Source: an uncultured Planctomycetaceae bacterium
GTDB taxonomy: Bacteria > Planctomycetota > Planctomycetia > Planctomycetales > Planctomycetaceae
Reading direction: 5' to 3'
Assembly (NCBI GenBank): GCA_963815195.1
Contig: CAWFGE010000015.1
Location: 160,001 to 224,000, forward strand
Length of the DNA: 64,000 nucleotides
Shown here: positions 20,834-31,343 of the stretch, piece by piece
Numbering within the stretch: the stretch's first letter is position 1
Layout of the letters: every line of letters begins with the position of its first letter
Notes under the pieces: model-generated
Database searches by the model: none
Seen by the model: only the letters and a program-made list of their open reading frames with translations
Told to the model about the DNA's origin: nothing
Translations under genes and position numbers: made by a program

Positions 20834-21208
20834 CTAACTTATCTCATTCAGCCGGCTCCAATCAGCCCAATATGCTTGGTCAGCAGGAATTTGTGAAGTT
20901 ACATTGTCGACGCGCTCATACGTCCAATGTGGCGGCAAATAGTCTTCAAAGTTGAGATAATGGTCGTCAGGATGAGACGAAAAGACTGTTTCGCTATCAA
21001 AGTCGATCAAGACTGTCGGCAAGAAGTCATACCTAGCATCAGGTAAATCGTCATCCTCCAACGAGTCGAAGTCCTTCTGAAGCTCTGCCTTGTCGACTGC
21101 AAATTGTTTCATGAACTCAACGTACTGTTCTGCGTTCCGTTTGGTGACAACGCCTAAATTCGGCCTGCATGGTTCGACTGTCTCATCCAGTCGCGAGTCT
21201 AGGTCCAA
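20834..21208 (-). pseudogene. 5'-truncated acidic hypothetical protein, candidate immunity protein
   Basis: LPTVLIDFDSETVFSSHP...FEDYLPPHW...IPADQAYW; AT-richer; 5' end runs into the IS701 fragment. Confidence 0.55.
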
Positions 21209-22232
21209 AACGAAGAAACTTTTCCGATTACCACCGCTTCTTCAGCCACGCGAGTTGGAGCATCGATCAGCTTTGGCGATTGCTGGCGGGACTGTTGATC
21301 AAAGTCTTGATCGGGGGCGACGCCGTGATCTTGCTGTCGGGCGACGACACGCTCTGCCGCAAACGCGGACTGGGTTTGTTCGGCGTGGGCATGCATCACG
21401 ATCCGCTGATTTCCTCGAAGGCCAAGAAGCTGGTGAGCTGGGGCCACGATTGGGTGACACTGTGTCTGGTGCTCGTAAACCCCTGGTGGGCCCCCACCAA
21501 AGTCTTCGCGTTGCCGATCTGCATGCGGTTGTATCGCAATCGGCAAGGGCTGACGAAGGGGAAGAAGAAAAAGCTCACGAAGCCCAAAGCGAAAGACCCG
21601 AAGCACCGCACGCGACCGGAACTGATGCGCGAAATGCTGAAACTTGTGGCGGGGTGGTTTCCCGAGCGGCAGTTCTTGTTCGTGGGTGACAGCCTTTACA
21701 CCGGCGAGAGCGTGCTGCGTTACCTGCCCGAGACCATGCACATGATCGGCCAGGTGCATCCCCAAGGCGCGATGTACGAACCGGCGCCGGAGAAACCAAC
21801 CGGCCGCGGCGCACCGCGCAAAAAAGGCGTGCGGCTCTCCACGAAAGAGGAATGGGCCAACGATGGTTCCGCCTGGACCCGGTTGACGTTCAACCAGTAC
21901 GGACTGCACACGACACTCGAGGTCAAGACCCGCCAGGGATTGTATTACAAAGCCGGCAAGGACCGCTTGCTCACGTTCGTATTGACCCGCGACTTGGAAG
22001 GCAAGCGCCGATGCAAATCTACTACTGCACCGATTTGGCGAGGGACGCACGCAGCATCCTGTCGGCCTATGCTTGTCGGTGGTCGATCGAAGTCACGCAT
22101 CACGATGCCAAACAGTATTTGGGTTTGGAAGACCCGGCCAACCGCCTGCCTCTGGCGGTGGAACGCACGGCTCCGATGGCCATGTTCTTATATAGCTTGA
22201 CCGTGTTGTGGTATGCCGAACACGGCAGTCGA
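21209..22232 (+). mobile_element. IS701-family DDE transposase fragment (truncated at both ends, frameshift ~22010)
   Basis: YHRFFSHASWS, GDDTLCRKRG, MHHDP, WGHDWV, VGDSLY, YACRWSIEVTHHDAKQYLG. Confidence 0.85.
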
Positions 22233-22304
22233 GTAGGGCCGGCTTTGCCGGCCGTTTGAGTTGTCGATCCAATCGCATTCATCGGCCGGCACAGCCGGCC
22301 CTAC
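22233..22304. repeat. GTAG-type REP inverted pair (family D)
   Basis: GTAGGGCCGGCTTTGCCGGCCG / CGGCCGGCACAGCCGGCCCTAC. Confidence 0.82.
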
Positions 22305-22314
22305 GCTTATTCCG

Positions 22315-23733
22315 TTATCCCATAACCCCATAGATCGGCTTCCCGGAGGCGATCGGCAACGGCCGGTTTAATGTGTCTCTGACTTCGGTTTCGTGGTTGA
22401 TCCCTAGCAGGTGGAACATGGTGGCGGCGAGGTCGTCGGGGCGGACGGGGTCTCGGTCGGGATAGGCGCCGTGCTTGTCGCTGGCGCCGTGGATGTGGCC
22501 GCCCTTGACGCCGCCGCCGGCGAGCAGGACCGTGTAGCACTGCGGCCAGTGGTCGCGGCTGATGTTTTCGTTGATCTTGGGGGTGCGGCCGAACTCGCCC
22601 ATCCAGACCACCAGGGTTTCATCCAAGAGGCCGCGGTCGTCGAGGTCGTTTAGGAACACGGGCAGCGTGTGCTCGGTGATGGGCAGATGCCAGGCTTTCA
22701 TGATGGGGAACATCCGCGTGTTGTTGAAGCCGTGCGTATCCCAGCCGCCGCTGTCGAACTTCTGCCCGCCGATGCTCGAGGAGAAATACACGTTGACGAA
22801 CTTGACGCCCGCTTCCACGAGCCGACGAGCGAGGAGGCAGCTTTGGCCGTAAGTCGTCCGGCCGTAGGCGTCGCGGATCTTGTCCGGTTCTTGGGACAGG
22901 TCGAAGGCTTCCCGGACCTTGGTCGAGTTGAGCATCGACAAGGCCCGGTCGTAGTAGGCATCGAGTCCCTGGGCCTGGGCCGAGTAATCCAGCAGCCGGG
23001 ATTGCTCGTTGATGAGCTTCTGCATGGCCCGGCGGTTTTGGAGCCGGCCGGGGCTGAGGTTCTCCGGCAGGCTGAGCTCTGGGAGCTTGAAGTTCCGATC
23101 GTTGGGGTCTTCGGTGACCAACAGCGGATCGTGGGCTTTGCCCAGAAAGCTCGCGTGCTGGCCCGGTGTGATCGCTCCGTCCCGGATGACATACGGGTAG
23201 GCGACGAACGTCGGCAGGCCGTTGGTCAGCGGGCTTAAACGATCCACCACGGAGCCATACGCGGGGAACAGCTCGAGCGAATCCCGCAGGCGGATGTCGT
23301 CCACCGGCGGAGCTTTGCCGGTGAGGGCGTAATAAGACGCGGAGTTATGGTTCTTCATCGTATGCTGCATGCTGCGGATCAGCGTGACCTTGTGCATCAC
23401 TTTCGCGGTCTCGGGAAGATGCTCGCAGACCCGGAGCCCCGGCAGGCTGGAATCGATCGTCCCGAACAGCCCGCGAATGCCGTCGGGGGCTTCGGGCTTC
23501 ATGTCGAAGGTCTCCAGATGGCTCGGCCCGCCGAACTGGTAGAGGAACACGACCGATTTGGCTTTGACCGGCGGGGCGGCGTGTTTGGTTTGCTTCTCGG
23601 CGGCTTGTAACAGGCGGGGCATGGTCAGCCCCAACAGTCCCAGCCCGCCCGCTTGGAGGGCCTGCCGGCGGTTGGGATGTTTTACGATTGCGAATGGGTT
23701 TTGCGTCAAGGACGGATTAATCCGCATATCCAT
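22315..23733 (-). CDS. DUF1501 domain protein (Tat-like leader)
   Basis: NRRQALQAG, GGPSHLETFDMKP, LLARRLVEAGV, WDTH, GEFGRTP, RDHW. Confidence 0.93.
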   Translation of the reverse strand: MDMRINPSLTQNPFAIVKHPNRRQALQAGGLGLLGLTMPRLLQAAEKQTKHAAPPVKAKSVVFLYQFGGPSHLETFDMKPEAPDGIRGLFGTIDSSLPGLRVCEHLPETAKVMHKVTLIRSMQHTMKNHNSASYYALTGKAPPVDDIRLRDSLELFPAYGSVVDRLSPLTNGLPTFVAYPYVIRDGAITPGQHASFLGKAHDPLLVTEDPNDRNFKLPELSLPENLSPGRLQNRRAMQKLINEQSRLLDYSAQAQGLDAYYDRALSMLNSTKVREAFDLSQEPDKIRDAYGRTTYGQSCLLARRLVEAGVKFVNVYFSSSIGGQKFDSGGWDTHGFNNTRMFPIMKAWHLPITEHTLPVFLNDLDDRGLLDETLVVWMGEFGRTPKINENISRDHWPQCYTVLLAGGGVKGGHIHGASDKHGAYPDRDPVRPDDLAATMFHLLGINHETEVRDTLNRPLPIASGKPIYGVMG

Positions 23734-23888
23734 CGGCCTTTCGCGAGGTTGATGCGAGGTTTTTTATGTGTTGGTTCATCATACCAAGCGAAATTGGTGA
23801 GGAAAAAGCCACGGAGCGTTCTGAACCGGGGCTGTGTGTGTTGCATAAAAATCGTTGGATCATCTTTCGCCCTATTTTCCAGGGGATT

Positions 23889-24013
23889 GGGTGGCAGGTC
23901 CCTGAGCGGAGGGAAGGGCGTGGCAAGGCGCAAAGACCACGCCCTTCGTTCCTCAGGGCGTGCCACCCAAGTCCGTACCGACTTCTGCCGGGGCGAGCGC
24001 CCTGCGGCTGATG
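23889..24013. repeat. REP-like family B pair plus a family G half copy
   Basis: GGGTGGCAGGTCCCTGAG..GAAGGGCGTGG / CCACGCCCTTCGTTCCTCAGGGCGTGCCACCC; then CCGGGGCGAGCGCCCTGCGGCTGAT (similar copies at ~9703 and ~29740). Confidence 0.8.
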
Positions 24014-24128
24014 AATACGACAATTTTTCCTCAAGTGATGCCAACGCAATTTGACGGAAGGCGGAATGTGACCTAGTTTTCAGCGCCATTCTCTCCTCTT
24101 GGTTCACGATTGCGGAAAAAGAACAGCC

Positions 24129-25805
24129 ATGACCGAGCGAAATTCGAAACTTTCCCCCGCGGAGTTTCTCGCGGAACTCAAGAAAGGCACATCCCCCGCC
24201 CAGGCTTCGACCAAACACGATGCGGCGGAGGCCGGCGATCCGTTTGCGGATCTCGATTTTGACGATCTGGACCATCTGGATGATCTGAACGATCTGAATG
24301 CAGACGACGGCGAGTCGGGTTATGCGGAGGACGACGGTTCGGAGGATTCCGATTCCTCGACGGCGGAGCGGATGCGGGCGGCGATGGCCACGTTCGACAC
24401 GATCGATTCCCGCGACGGGCTGCTGGGCGAGTCGCCGGACGATGGGGTCGTGGACAAGCCGTCCGGCGTCCGCCGGCCCAACCGCGACCTCGCGGAGTTG
24501 TTCGAGCGGGTGAACACGCTGCTCGACGGCGACTGGACAGGCGACGCCAAGTACCGGCCCATGGCCGTGGAAACGCTCCAGGAAACGGGCCTGTCGTTCG
24601 AGGAAGTCGAGCGGCTGATTTTGAAATATCTGATGTCCAAAGGCTCGGCCACGGGCCGGATCATCTGCACGCAGGTCTGCCTGCCGTTCCACGTCGTCGA
24701 TCCGATCCTCAAGCAACTCAAACACCAGCAGCTTTTGTCGTTCAAGGGCACGGCGGAGATGGGCGACTACGAGTTCGCCATCACCGAGCAGGGCCGGGAC
24801 CGGGCCTACGGCTACAACCTGGAGTGCACGTACTTTGGGGCGGCTCCGGTGAGCCTGCCGGACTACCTCAAGGCGATGGCCGCCCAGAGCATCGCCAAGC
24901 AGGAAGCCACCGAAGCGGACTTGCATAAGGCGTTTGCCGATCTGATCATCAACGAGAAAATGCTCGACCGCTTGGGACCGGCGGTCAATTCGGGCCGGGG
25001 GATGTTTTTGTTCGGCGAGCCGGGCAACGGCAAAACGAGCATCGCCGAGCGCATCACCCAATGCTTCGGCAGCACGATCTGGATTCCCCGCGCCCTGGGC
25101 ATCGACGGGGACATCATCCGCCTCTACGACCCCGGCATTCACAAGGCGATTGAAGAAAGCCGGGACGAGGGGCTGTTCGATCTTTCGGGCATCGATGCGC
25201 GGTGGGTGCTTGTGGAACGTCCCACGGTGATCGCCGGGGGCGAATTGACGATGGCCCAACTGGAAGTCACCCAGAACCAGACGACGAAAATCTGCGAAGC
25301 CCCGCTGCAGCTCAAGAGCAACTGCGGGACCTTAGTGATCGACGACTTCGGCCGGCAGACGATGCCGGTGGATGAGCTGCTCAACCGCTGGATCGTGCCT
25401 TTGGAAAAGCGCTACGACTTTTTGAACCTGCCCAGCGGGAAGAAGATCCAAGTGCCGTTCGACCAGTTGATTATTTTCTCGACGAACCTGGAGCCGAAGG
25501 ACCTGGTGGACGGGGCGTTTTTGCGGCGGATTCCGTACAAGATCGAAGTGCCGGATCCGTCCAAGGACGAGTTTTTGGCGCTGTTCAAGCTGATGACTCC
25601 GCTGATGGGCTTCGAGTATGACGCGGACTGCGTGGATTATCTGATCCAGAAGCATTACGAATCGGTGAACCGGCCGTTCCGCGCCTGCCAGCCGCGCGAC
25701 CTGCTTTTACAGGTCCGCAATTTTTGCGTGTATAAGAAAAAGCCCAAGACGCTGTCGAACGAAGCCTTCGACTTCGCGGTGGAGAATTACTTCTCGGTGA
25801 TGTGA
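24129..25805 (+). CDS. AAA+ family ATPase with acidic disordered N-terminus
   Basis: Walker A GEPGNGKT, Walker [23 protein letters not shown]. Confidence 0.88.
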   Translation: MTERNSKLSPAEFLAELKKGTSPAQASTKHDAAEAGDPFADLDFDDLDHLDDLNDLNADDGESGYAEDDGSEDSDSSTAERMRAAMATFDTIDSRDGLLGESPDDGVVDKPSGVRRPNRDLAELFERVNTLLDGDWTGDAKYRPMAVETLQETGLSFEEVERLILKYLMSKGSATGRIICTQVCLPFHVVDPILKQLKHQQLLSFKGTAEMGDYEFAITEQGRDRAYGYNLECTYFGAAPVSLPDYLKAMAAQSIAKQEATEADLHKAFADLIINEKMLDRLGPAVNSGRGMFLFGEPGNGKTSIAERITQCFGSTIWIPRALGIDGDIIRLYDPGIHKAIEESRDEGLFDLSGIDARWVLVERPTVIAGGELTMAQLEVTQNQTTKICEAPLQLKSNCGTLVIDDFGRQTMPVDELLNRWIVPLEKRYDFLNLPSGKKIQVPFDQLIIFSTNLEPKDLVDGAFLRRIPYKIEVPDPSKDEFLALFKLMTPLMGFEYDADCVDYLIQKHYESVNRPFRACQPRDLLLQVRNFCVYKKKPKTLSNEAFDFAVENYFSVM

Positions 25806-25979
25806 GCCGGCTTTTTCCGGCTCTCCGCTCTCCGTCTCTCGGCTCTCCGCTGCTTTTGCCCCTTTTTCTTGCCGGGCATTGTTCTTAGAATCCTATTCCG
25901 GTTTTGTGGTGCACTTGATAATATCCGCCGCCTTTGTCTGCGGTTTTGATATTGAATTTCGACGGCTGTTGTCTGACAC

Positions 25980-27365
25980 GTGATTCGGCTCCTCGATAAT
26001 GTCTCGTCCTCGGTGGAATCCGCCCAAAAGCGGATGGTGCTGCGCCGGGATCTGCGGGCCAGCGTGGGGGATGCCACCGCCTACGGCGGCATGGTGGGAC
26101 TGGGTGAAACCTACCTCGCGACGTTTGCCCTCGCGGCGGGGCTGGGCGAATTGATGGCGGGTCTCGTGGGCAGCGTGCCATTGGTGGCGGGCGGGATCAT
26201 GCAGACGATTTCGCCGTGGGCCGTCCGCAAACTCGGCTCGCACAAGCGCTGGGTCGTGTCCTGTGCCGGCTTTCAGGCGGTGGCGTTTGTGCCGCTCATC
26301 CTGGCCGCCTGGAAGGGCACGATCAGCGGCCCCGCGATCCTTGCGGTTGCGACGCTGTATTGGGCCGCGGGTCTGGCGACCGGGCCGGCTTGGAACACCT
26401 GGATCGGCACGCTCGTCCCGCCTGTGGTCCGTCCGCGGTTCTTCGCGATGCGAACCCGGTCCCAACAAGCCGCGGTGTTTGCGGGGTTTCTCATCGGCGG
26501 GATCGCCTTGGAATGGGCCGCCGGAAGGAATTGCGTTCTGACGGTCTATGCCGGGTTGTTTGCGGCGGCGGGGGTTTGCCGATTGATCTCGGCGTGGGCG
26601 CTTTCGCGTCAAAGCGAACCGGTCCCGATTCCCACAAGGATGCGGCGGCTGACGCTCGGGGAACTCTTCGGCCGGCTGCGCGGGCAAAGCGGCGGGCAGT
26701 TGCTGTTGTATCTGGTCGCGGTGCAGGCGGCGGTGCAGATGGCGGGGCCGTTTTTTACTCCGTTCATGTTCCGCAAGCTCGACATCAGTTACGGGCATTT
26801 CGTGGCCTTGATCTCGGTGGCGTTTCTGATCAAGATCATCGCCTTTCCGATCTGGGGCCGCGTGGCGCATGCGGTCGGAGCGCGAAAGCTGCTCTGGATC
26901 GGCGGCTGGGGCATCGTGCCGATGAGCGGCAGTTGGGTCGTCTCGCAAGACTTCGCGTGGCTGCTGTGCGTCCAGGCGGCGGGCGGCGTGTTTTGGGCGG
27001 CATACGAACTGGCCTTCTTCCTGTTGTTCTTTGAATCGATCGCCGAGGAAGAACGCACCAGTTTGCTCACGGTTTATAATCTGCTTAACACCTCGGCTTG
27101 GGTCTTGGGTTCGCTGATGGGAGCCTTGGTGCTGGCCGCGATGGGCGGGACGTACAACAGTTATCTGTGGGTGTTCGGGTTATCGTCGCTGGGCCGGGTC
27201 TTCGCCTTGAGGCTGTTGGCGAAATTGCCGGATACGGCGGTCGCGTCCGACGAAATGTCGGTTCGCACTATGGCCGTCCGTCCGAACTCGGCCTCGCTGG
27301 ACACGCCCGTGCTGCCCAGCCTGCCGGACCAAATCCCGGAACCCGAACCCGTCGCGGTGGAATGA
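25980..27365 (+). CDS. MFS transporter
   Basis: About 12 hydrophobic segments; WGRVAHAVGARK loop motif. Confidence 0.82.
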   Translation: MIRLLDNVSSSVESAQKRMVLRRDLRASVGDATAYGGMVGLGETYLATFALAAGLGELMAGLVGSVPLVAGGIMQTISPWAVRKLGSHKRWVVSCAGFQAVAFVPLILAAWKGTISGPAILAVATLYWAAGLATGPAWNTWIGTLVPPVVRPRFFAMRTRSQQAAVFAGFLIGGIALEWAAGRNCVLTVYAGLFAAAGVCRLISAWALSRQSEPVPIPTRMRRLTLGELFGRLRGQSGGQLLLYLVAVQAAVQMAGPFFTPFMFRKLDISYGHFVALISVAFLIKIIAFPIWGRVAHAVGARKLLWIGGWGIVPMSGSWVVSQDFAWLLCVQAAGGVFWAAYELAFFLLFFESIAEEERTSLLTVYNLLNTSAWVLGSLMGALVLAAMGGTYNSYLWVFGLSSLGRVFALRLLAKLPDTAVASDEMSVRTMAVRPNSASLDTPVLPSLPDQIPEPEPVAVE

Positions 27366-27484
27366 CCGATCCTCCAAAACGACGCCAGGCCGACCAGCCC
27401 TTGGTTTCTTCCTTTGTCACGGAAAAACCCGATGCGAGCGCTGGGGCTGATCAATAATCCCGGCGAGACTGTTGGCGATTCGAT

Positions 27485-28519
27485 TTAGAGCCAAAAGATT
27501 TCGGCTTCGCGGGCGAATTGCAAATCCATCGCCGGGCCGTTCGACCAATCTTCCCAGAGGGCGATGCTCTCGTCGGAGAACAGTTGCAGATCGGTGTCGG
27601 GGCGTTTGGGATCGTGGTGCACGATCCGCACGCGGCGGGGCAGCCGCGGGCAGCGGAGGAACATCGGCAACAACCGTTCGGGCGTGGCGTGGCCCCAGCC
27701 TTCGCGGGACATCGCCTGTCCGAAATCGCCCCCGATCGCCGCTTCGCCCCGGTACTCCGCATCGCGGTACTGCATGTCGGCCAAGAGCAACTCGGCGTCA
27801 CCAAAAAACTCGACCACGTCGGGATCGGGTTCGGGCGGCGGTTCGTAATCGGTGGCGATCACCACCGCGCCCACGCCGGGGATTTCCAGCCGATACCCCG
27901 TGCAGCCGCCGGGATGCCGCAAGGCCACCGTTCGCACCGTGACTTCATCCAGTTGGAACACCGCGCCGGGCACAAAATGATCGTACTCCCGCTCGGCCCC
28001 GTGCTGGGCCAACAAATCCAGCGTCACCGGCCAATAGCTGGCGCAAAACTGGGCCGCGAGGACATCCTGCATCGTGGGCGGCATCGGGCAGGCGACCCCC
28101 GCGGGATGATAGCTCGAATACGGCTCACAAAACTCCCCGAGCGCGGCGAGGTTCGGACTGTGAAACCTGAGCGTCAATCCCTTTTGAAAAAACAGCGAGT
28201 TCGACCGCAGGCCCTCCAGGTGGTCGTCGTGAAAGTGCGTTTGCAGGCAGTGAATTGTCGCTTCGGTTTTGCCCTCGGCCTGGAGCATGTCGATCAGGAA
28301 TTCGGAAATGGGTTCCACGCCCAATCCCTGATCGATGACGATGAACGTGTCCTCGTGGCGGAGGAGAAAACTCGTGGTCCGGCTGCCGAACAGATCCCGG
28401 CGAAACGGCACGCGACGCATCTGCCGCGGGGCGTCGGCATCAAAAACCGGCCGGTTCTCCGACGGGGCCGCAAAACTCCCGGAACACCCGCCGATCAAAA
28501 ACATCGTCCGAGATTTCAT
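27485..28519 (-). CDS. MBL-fold metallo-hydrolase (phosphodiesterase/RNase Z-like)
   Basis: THFHDDH, HPGGCTGYR, ATDYE, DMQY, GWGH, HHDP. Confidence 0.85.
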   Translation of the reverse strand: MKSRTMFLIGGCSGSFAAPSENRPVFDADAPRQMRRVPFRRDLFGSRTTSFLLRHEDTFIVIDQGLGVEPISEFLIDMLQAEGKTEATIHCLQTHFHDDHLEGLRSNSLFFQKGLTLRFHSPNLAALGEFCEPYSSYHPAGVACPMPPTMQDVLAAQFCASYWPVTLDLLAQHGAEREYDHFVPGAVFQLDEVTVRTVALRHPGGCTGYRLEIPGVGAVVIATDYEPPPEPDPDVVEFFGDAELLLADMQYRDAEYRGEAAIGGDFGQAMSREGWGHATPERLLPMFLRCPRLPRRVRIVHHDPKRPDTDLQLFSDESIALWEDWSNGPAMDLQFAREAEIFWL

Positions 28520-28529
28520 CCGCGATTCC

Positions 28530-29645
28530 TTATTTCAACATCGTCAATGGATGTTTGCGGTTCGCGAGCGGAAATAGCACCGGGGCGGTTTGGCGGTGGG
28601 ATTCCCAGACCGCGAGGATCATTTCCGTGGCGGCGCGGGCGTCTTTGGCTCCGCAGCGGGGTTGGCGGTCGGTTTTGATGGCGTCGATCAAATCGTTGAC
28701 CGCCGCCGGGTGCCCGCCGGCGTAGCCGCGGTCCGTGCGGGTTTCCGGTTTGTTCAAACCGTTCGAGGAAATCGGCTGCCACTCGGATTTCGTCGACCCG
28801 GACGACCAGTGGGAATCTTTGAGGAGCCACGCGGTTTCCAGAAATCCCGAGGGCAATTCGATCACGCCTTGGGAGCCATAGATCATCAGCCCGAACCGCG
28901 AAGGCCGGCCGGCCTTGTTTCGGTGCGAAGCGAAATGCCCGCGGACGCCGTTCTCGAAAGCGTACATCGCATCGATGCCATCGCCCGCGAGCGGCCCGAG
29001 ACCTTCCGCTCCGTCCACAACATCTTTTTGGGTAACAGGCCGGCCTTGGGCGGTGACACTCGCAAAGCACCATTTGACATCGCCATTCACGGCCCGCATC
29101 AGATCGAGCATATGGCTGCCCAGGACCCACAGGTCTTCGCCGCCACCCCGCCGGTCTTCCTTGCCGCGGGCACGCAGTTCCAGAACGTCGCCGATCTCGC
29201 CGTCGGCGATCAGTTTTTTCACGTGCTCCAACTGCGGCGAGTAATGGGCAATGTGGGCGATGCCCAGCTTCAAATGCCGCATGTCGAGAGCCTGCACCAC
29301 TTCGTCGGCTTCTTCGAGGGTTCGGCAGAAGGGCTTTTCCATGTAGACGTGGCAGCCATGCTCCGCCGCGGCCATGAGCATTGCGTGATGCTGGTCGGTC
29401 CAACGCGGGCAGACGGCGACGATGTCGAACTTCTCCTTGCCGAGCATCTCGTGATAGTCGGCGTAGGACGTTTTGGCCCCGGTGACTTTCACAGCCTCGG
29501 CCCGGCCGCCGGGATGCGGGTCGGCGACGGCGATGACTTCGGTCTCGGGAATCTTTTTCCAAACCTGATCCACGCCGTGCCCGTAGTTCCCTCGTCCGGT
29601 GTGCCCGATGATCCCCACGCGCAGTTTCTGTTTGGGGGTGTCCAT
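28530..29645 (-). CDS. Gfo/Idh/MocA family oxidoreductase
   Basis: VGIIGHTGRGNYGH, YMEKP, GSHMLD. Confidence 0.9.
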   Translation of the reverse strand: MDTPKQKLRVGIIGHTGRGNYGHGVDQVWKKIPETEVIAVADPHPGGRAEAVKVTGAKTSYADYHEMLGKEKFDIVAVCPRWTDQHHAMLMAAAEHGCHVYMEKPFCRTLEEADEVVQALDMRHLKLGIAHIAHYSPQLEHVKKLIADGEIGDVLELRARGKEDRRGGGEDLWVLGSHMLDLMRAVNGDVKWCFASVTAQGRPVTQKDVVDGAEGLGPLAGDGIDAMYAFENGVRGHFASHRNKAGRPSRFGLMIYGSQGVIELPSGFLETAWLLKDSHWSSGSTKSEWQPISSNGLNKPETRTDRGYAGGHPAAVNDLIDAIKTDRQPRCGAKDARAATEMILAVWESHRQTAPVLFPLANRKHPLTMLK

Positions 29646-29778
29646 GATGTCACTCCTCGCAAAAGCCAAGAACCATTTCGCCGCCCTGCCAGCCTATCCC
29701 GGCGGTAGGTTCAACGCAAGCGGCCCTTGAGCGGCTGGGCGGGGCGAGGGCCCTGCGGCTAATAATTGCGTCCGAGCG

Positions 29779-30906
29779 TCATTTATCTTCCAGCACTTCC
29801 GCGATTTCCACCGCGCGGTGTTCCTTCGCGGAAAGATAGCAGGCATCGACGAGGGCCATGGTGTGGAGATTGTCGCGGCCGTTGATTTCGGGTTCGCGGT
29901 TTTCTTCGAGAGCGCACATCAATTGCGCCATTGTTCCCGCGAACGCATCGGGGAACCAGACCTCTTTCCAGCGCGGCTGGAACCAATAGCCCGGCTGCCG
30001 GGTTGTGGTCCAGTTGAGCGTGCTCGGCGTGGGATTCGGATAATCCGGCCAGCCGATCGTGCCGTGGGCCAAACCTTCGAGGCCTTCGACCCGCCAGCGA
30101 ATGCCGATGTCGGCTTCGGAACCTTCGCGGGCGGGACCGGTCCAGACATCATCCCAGGACGAGGCCCGCACGCCGGTGTCGTATTCCAGGATATACAGGC
30201 AGATGCCGTCTTCGTGCTGGAACAGCTTGGAAGTCCGCGGATCGGGGCGGATGCTGGCGAAGACCCGCGTCGGATTGCCGAACCAATACCGGAAGGTATC
30301 CAGATGATGGATGCTCATAATCCGCAGCGTGACCCAGCCCAGCCGTTTTTGCCAGGGCATCCAGTGCGGAATGGCCCGCATGTCGATCGTGCCGAGCACG
30401 GGTTCGCCCAAGTCGCCTCGCTCCAAAAGATGCTTCAAAGCCCGGACCGATTGGTCGTAGCGCATGTTCTGATTGACCGCGAGCACAATGCCCGCGTCTT
30501 CGCAGAGCTGGACGATTTCGCGGGCCTCGGCCAGGTTCATCCCCAGCGGTTTTTGAGCCAGGATGCCCCGCAGATGGTCCGCGTGCTTCACCGCTTCCCG
30601 GATGACCTCCAACTGCACGTCCGGCGGCACGGCCACGTCCAAAACTTCGACGCTGGGATCGTTCAGCAATTGGCGGTAGGTGTCGTAAACGTTCGGGATC
30701 TGATGCCGGTCCCCGACTCGGCGGGCGTTCTCCGTGTTCCGCGAAGCAATCGCCAGCGGCCGAAATCCGGCATTTTTATAAGCGACCAAATGGCAGTCGG
30801 CCATGATGAACCCCGCCCCGATGCACCCGATCCCCATCCCGCGATTCTTTGGGAACTTGGGCCGATAATCGAGCTCCAACGAAAACGCCTCGCCCGCATG
30901 CGACAT
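29779..30906 (-). CDS. Gfo/Idh/MocA family oxidoreductase
   Basis: [25 protein letters not shown]. Confidence 0.9.
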   Translation of the reverse strand: MSHAGEAFSLELDYRPKFPKNRGMGIGCIGAGFIMADCHLVAYKNAGFRPLAIASRNTENARRVGDRHQIPNVYDTYRQLLNDPSVEVLDVAVPPDVQLEVIREAVKHADHLRGILAQKPLGMNLAEAREIVQLCEDAGIVLAVNQNMRYDQSVRALKHLLERGDLGEPVLGTIDMRAIPHWMPWQKRLGWVTLRIMSIHHLDTFRYWFGNPTRVFASIRPDPRTSKLFQHEDGICLYILEYDTGVRASSWDDVWTGPAREGSEADIGIRWRVEGLEGLAHGTIGWPDYPNPTPSTLNWTTTRQPGYWFQPRWKEVWFPDAFAGTMAQLMCALEENREPEINGRDNLHTMALVDACYLSAKEHRAVEIAEVLEDK

Positions 30907-31343
30907 GTGTTCTCTCCCGGTGTTTGAAATGGCGGCTTTCGATATCTATGTGACTCAAACGGTAACCGTTTGGGTGGCTGGGGCGCAAATCGTCCTTGGA
31001 ACAAGGCTTGAACTGCGAATGCTGGGGCTGTGGCCGGGCGAGAAAAATCTCACACGGCCCCAGGCCTCAACTCTGCTTTTTCCTTGGAACATTTCTTTGC
31101 GCCCAGCCACCCCCTGCGGTTTCTGAAATCGCGGTTTTTCTATGTGACTTCTGAATGACTTCTGAAATGTGAAATATCAGCCGGCTTACGCGGGCCGTTC
31201 GCCTTTGAATTTCATCATATTCGACTTGACCCGCATCCGACAATCTGCGAGAACCCCGGCCTCTCTCCACTCTCCCTATCTCCGAATCTCACAAAAACAC
31301 CAAGGATCCAAATCCGCCCGGGACCGGTGTGGACTTGGATGGG

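Noticed and set aside
21209..22232. IS701 as an active element that mobilised the island
   Set aside because: Both ends of the transposase are missing and no terminal inverted repeats are visible
23706..25259. Long antisense or alternate-frame ORFs (also 42915..44246, 55007..56260, 58356..59786 and others)
   Set aside because: Shadow ORFs expected opposite real genes in high-GC DNA; no recognisable motifs
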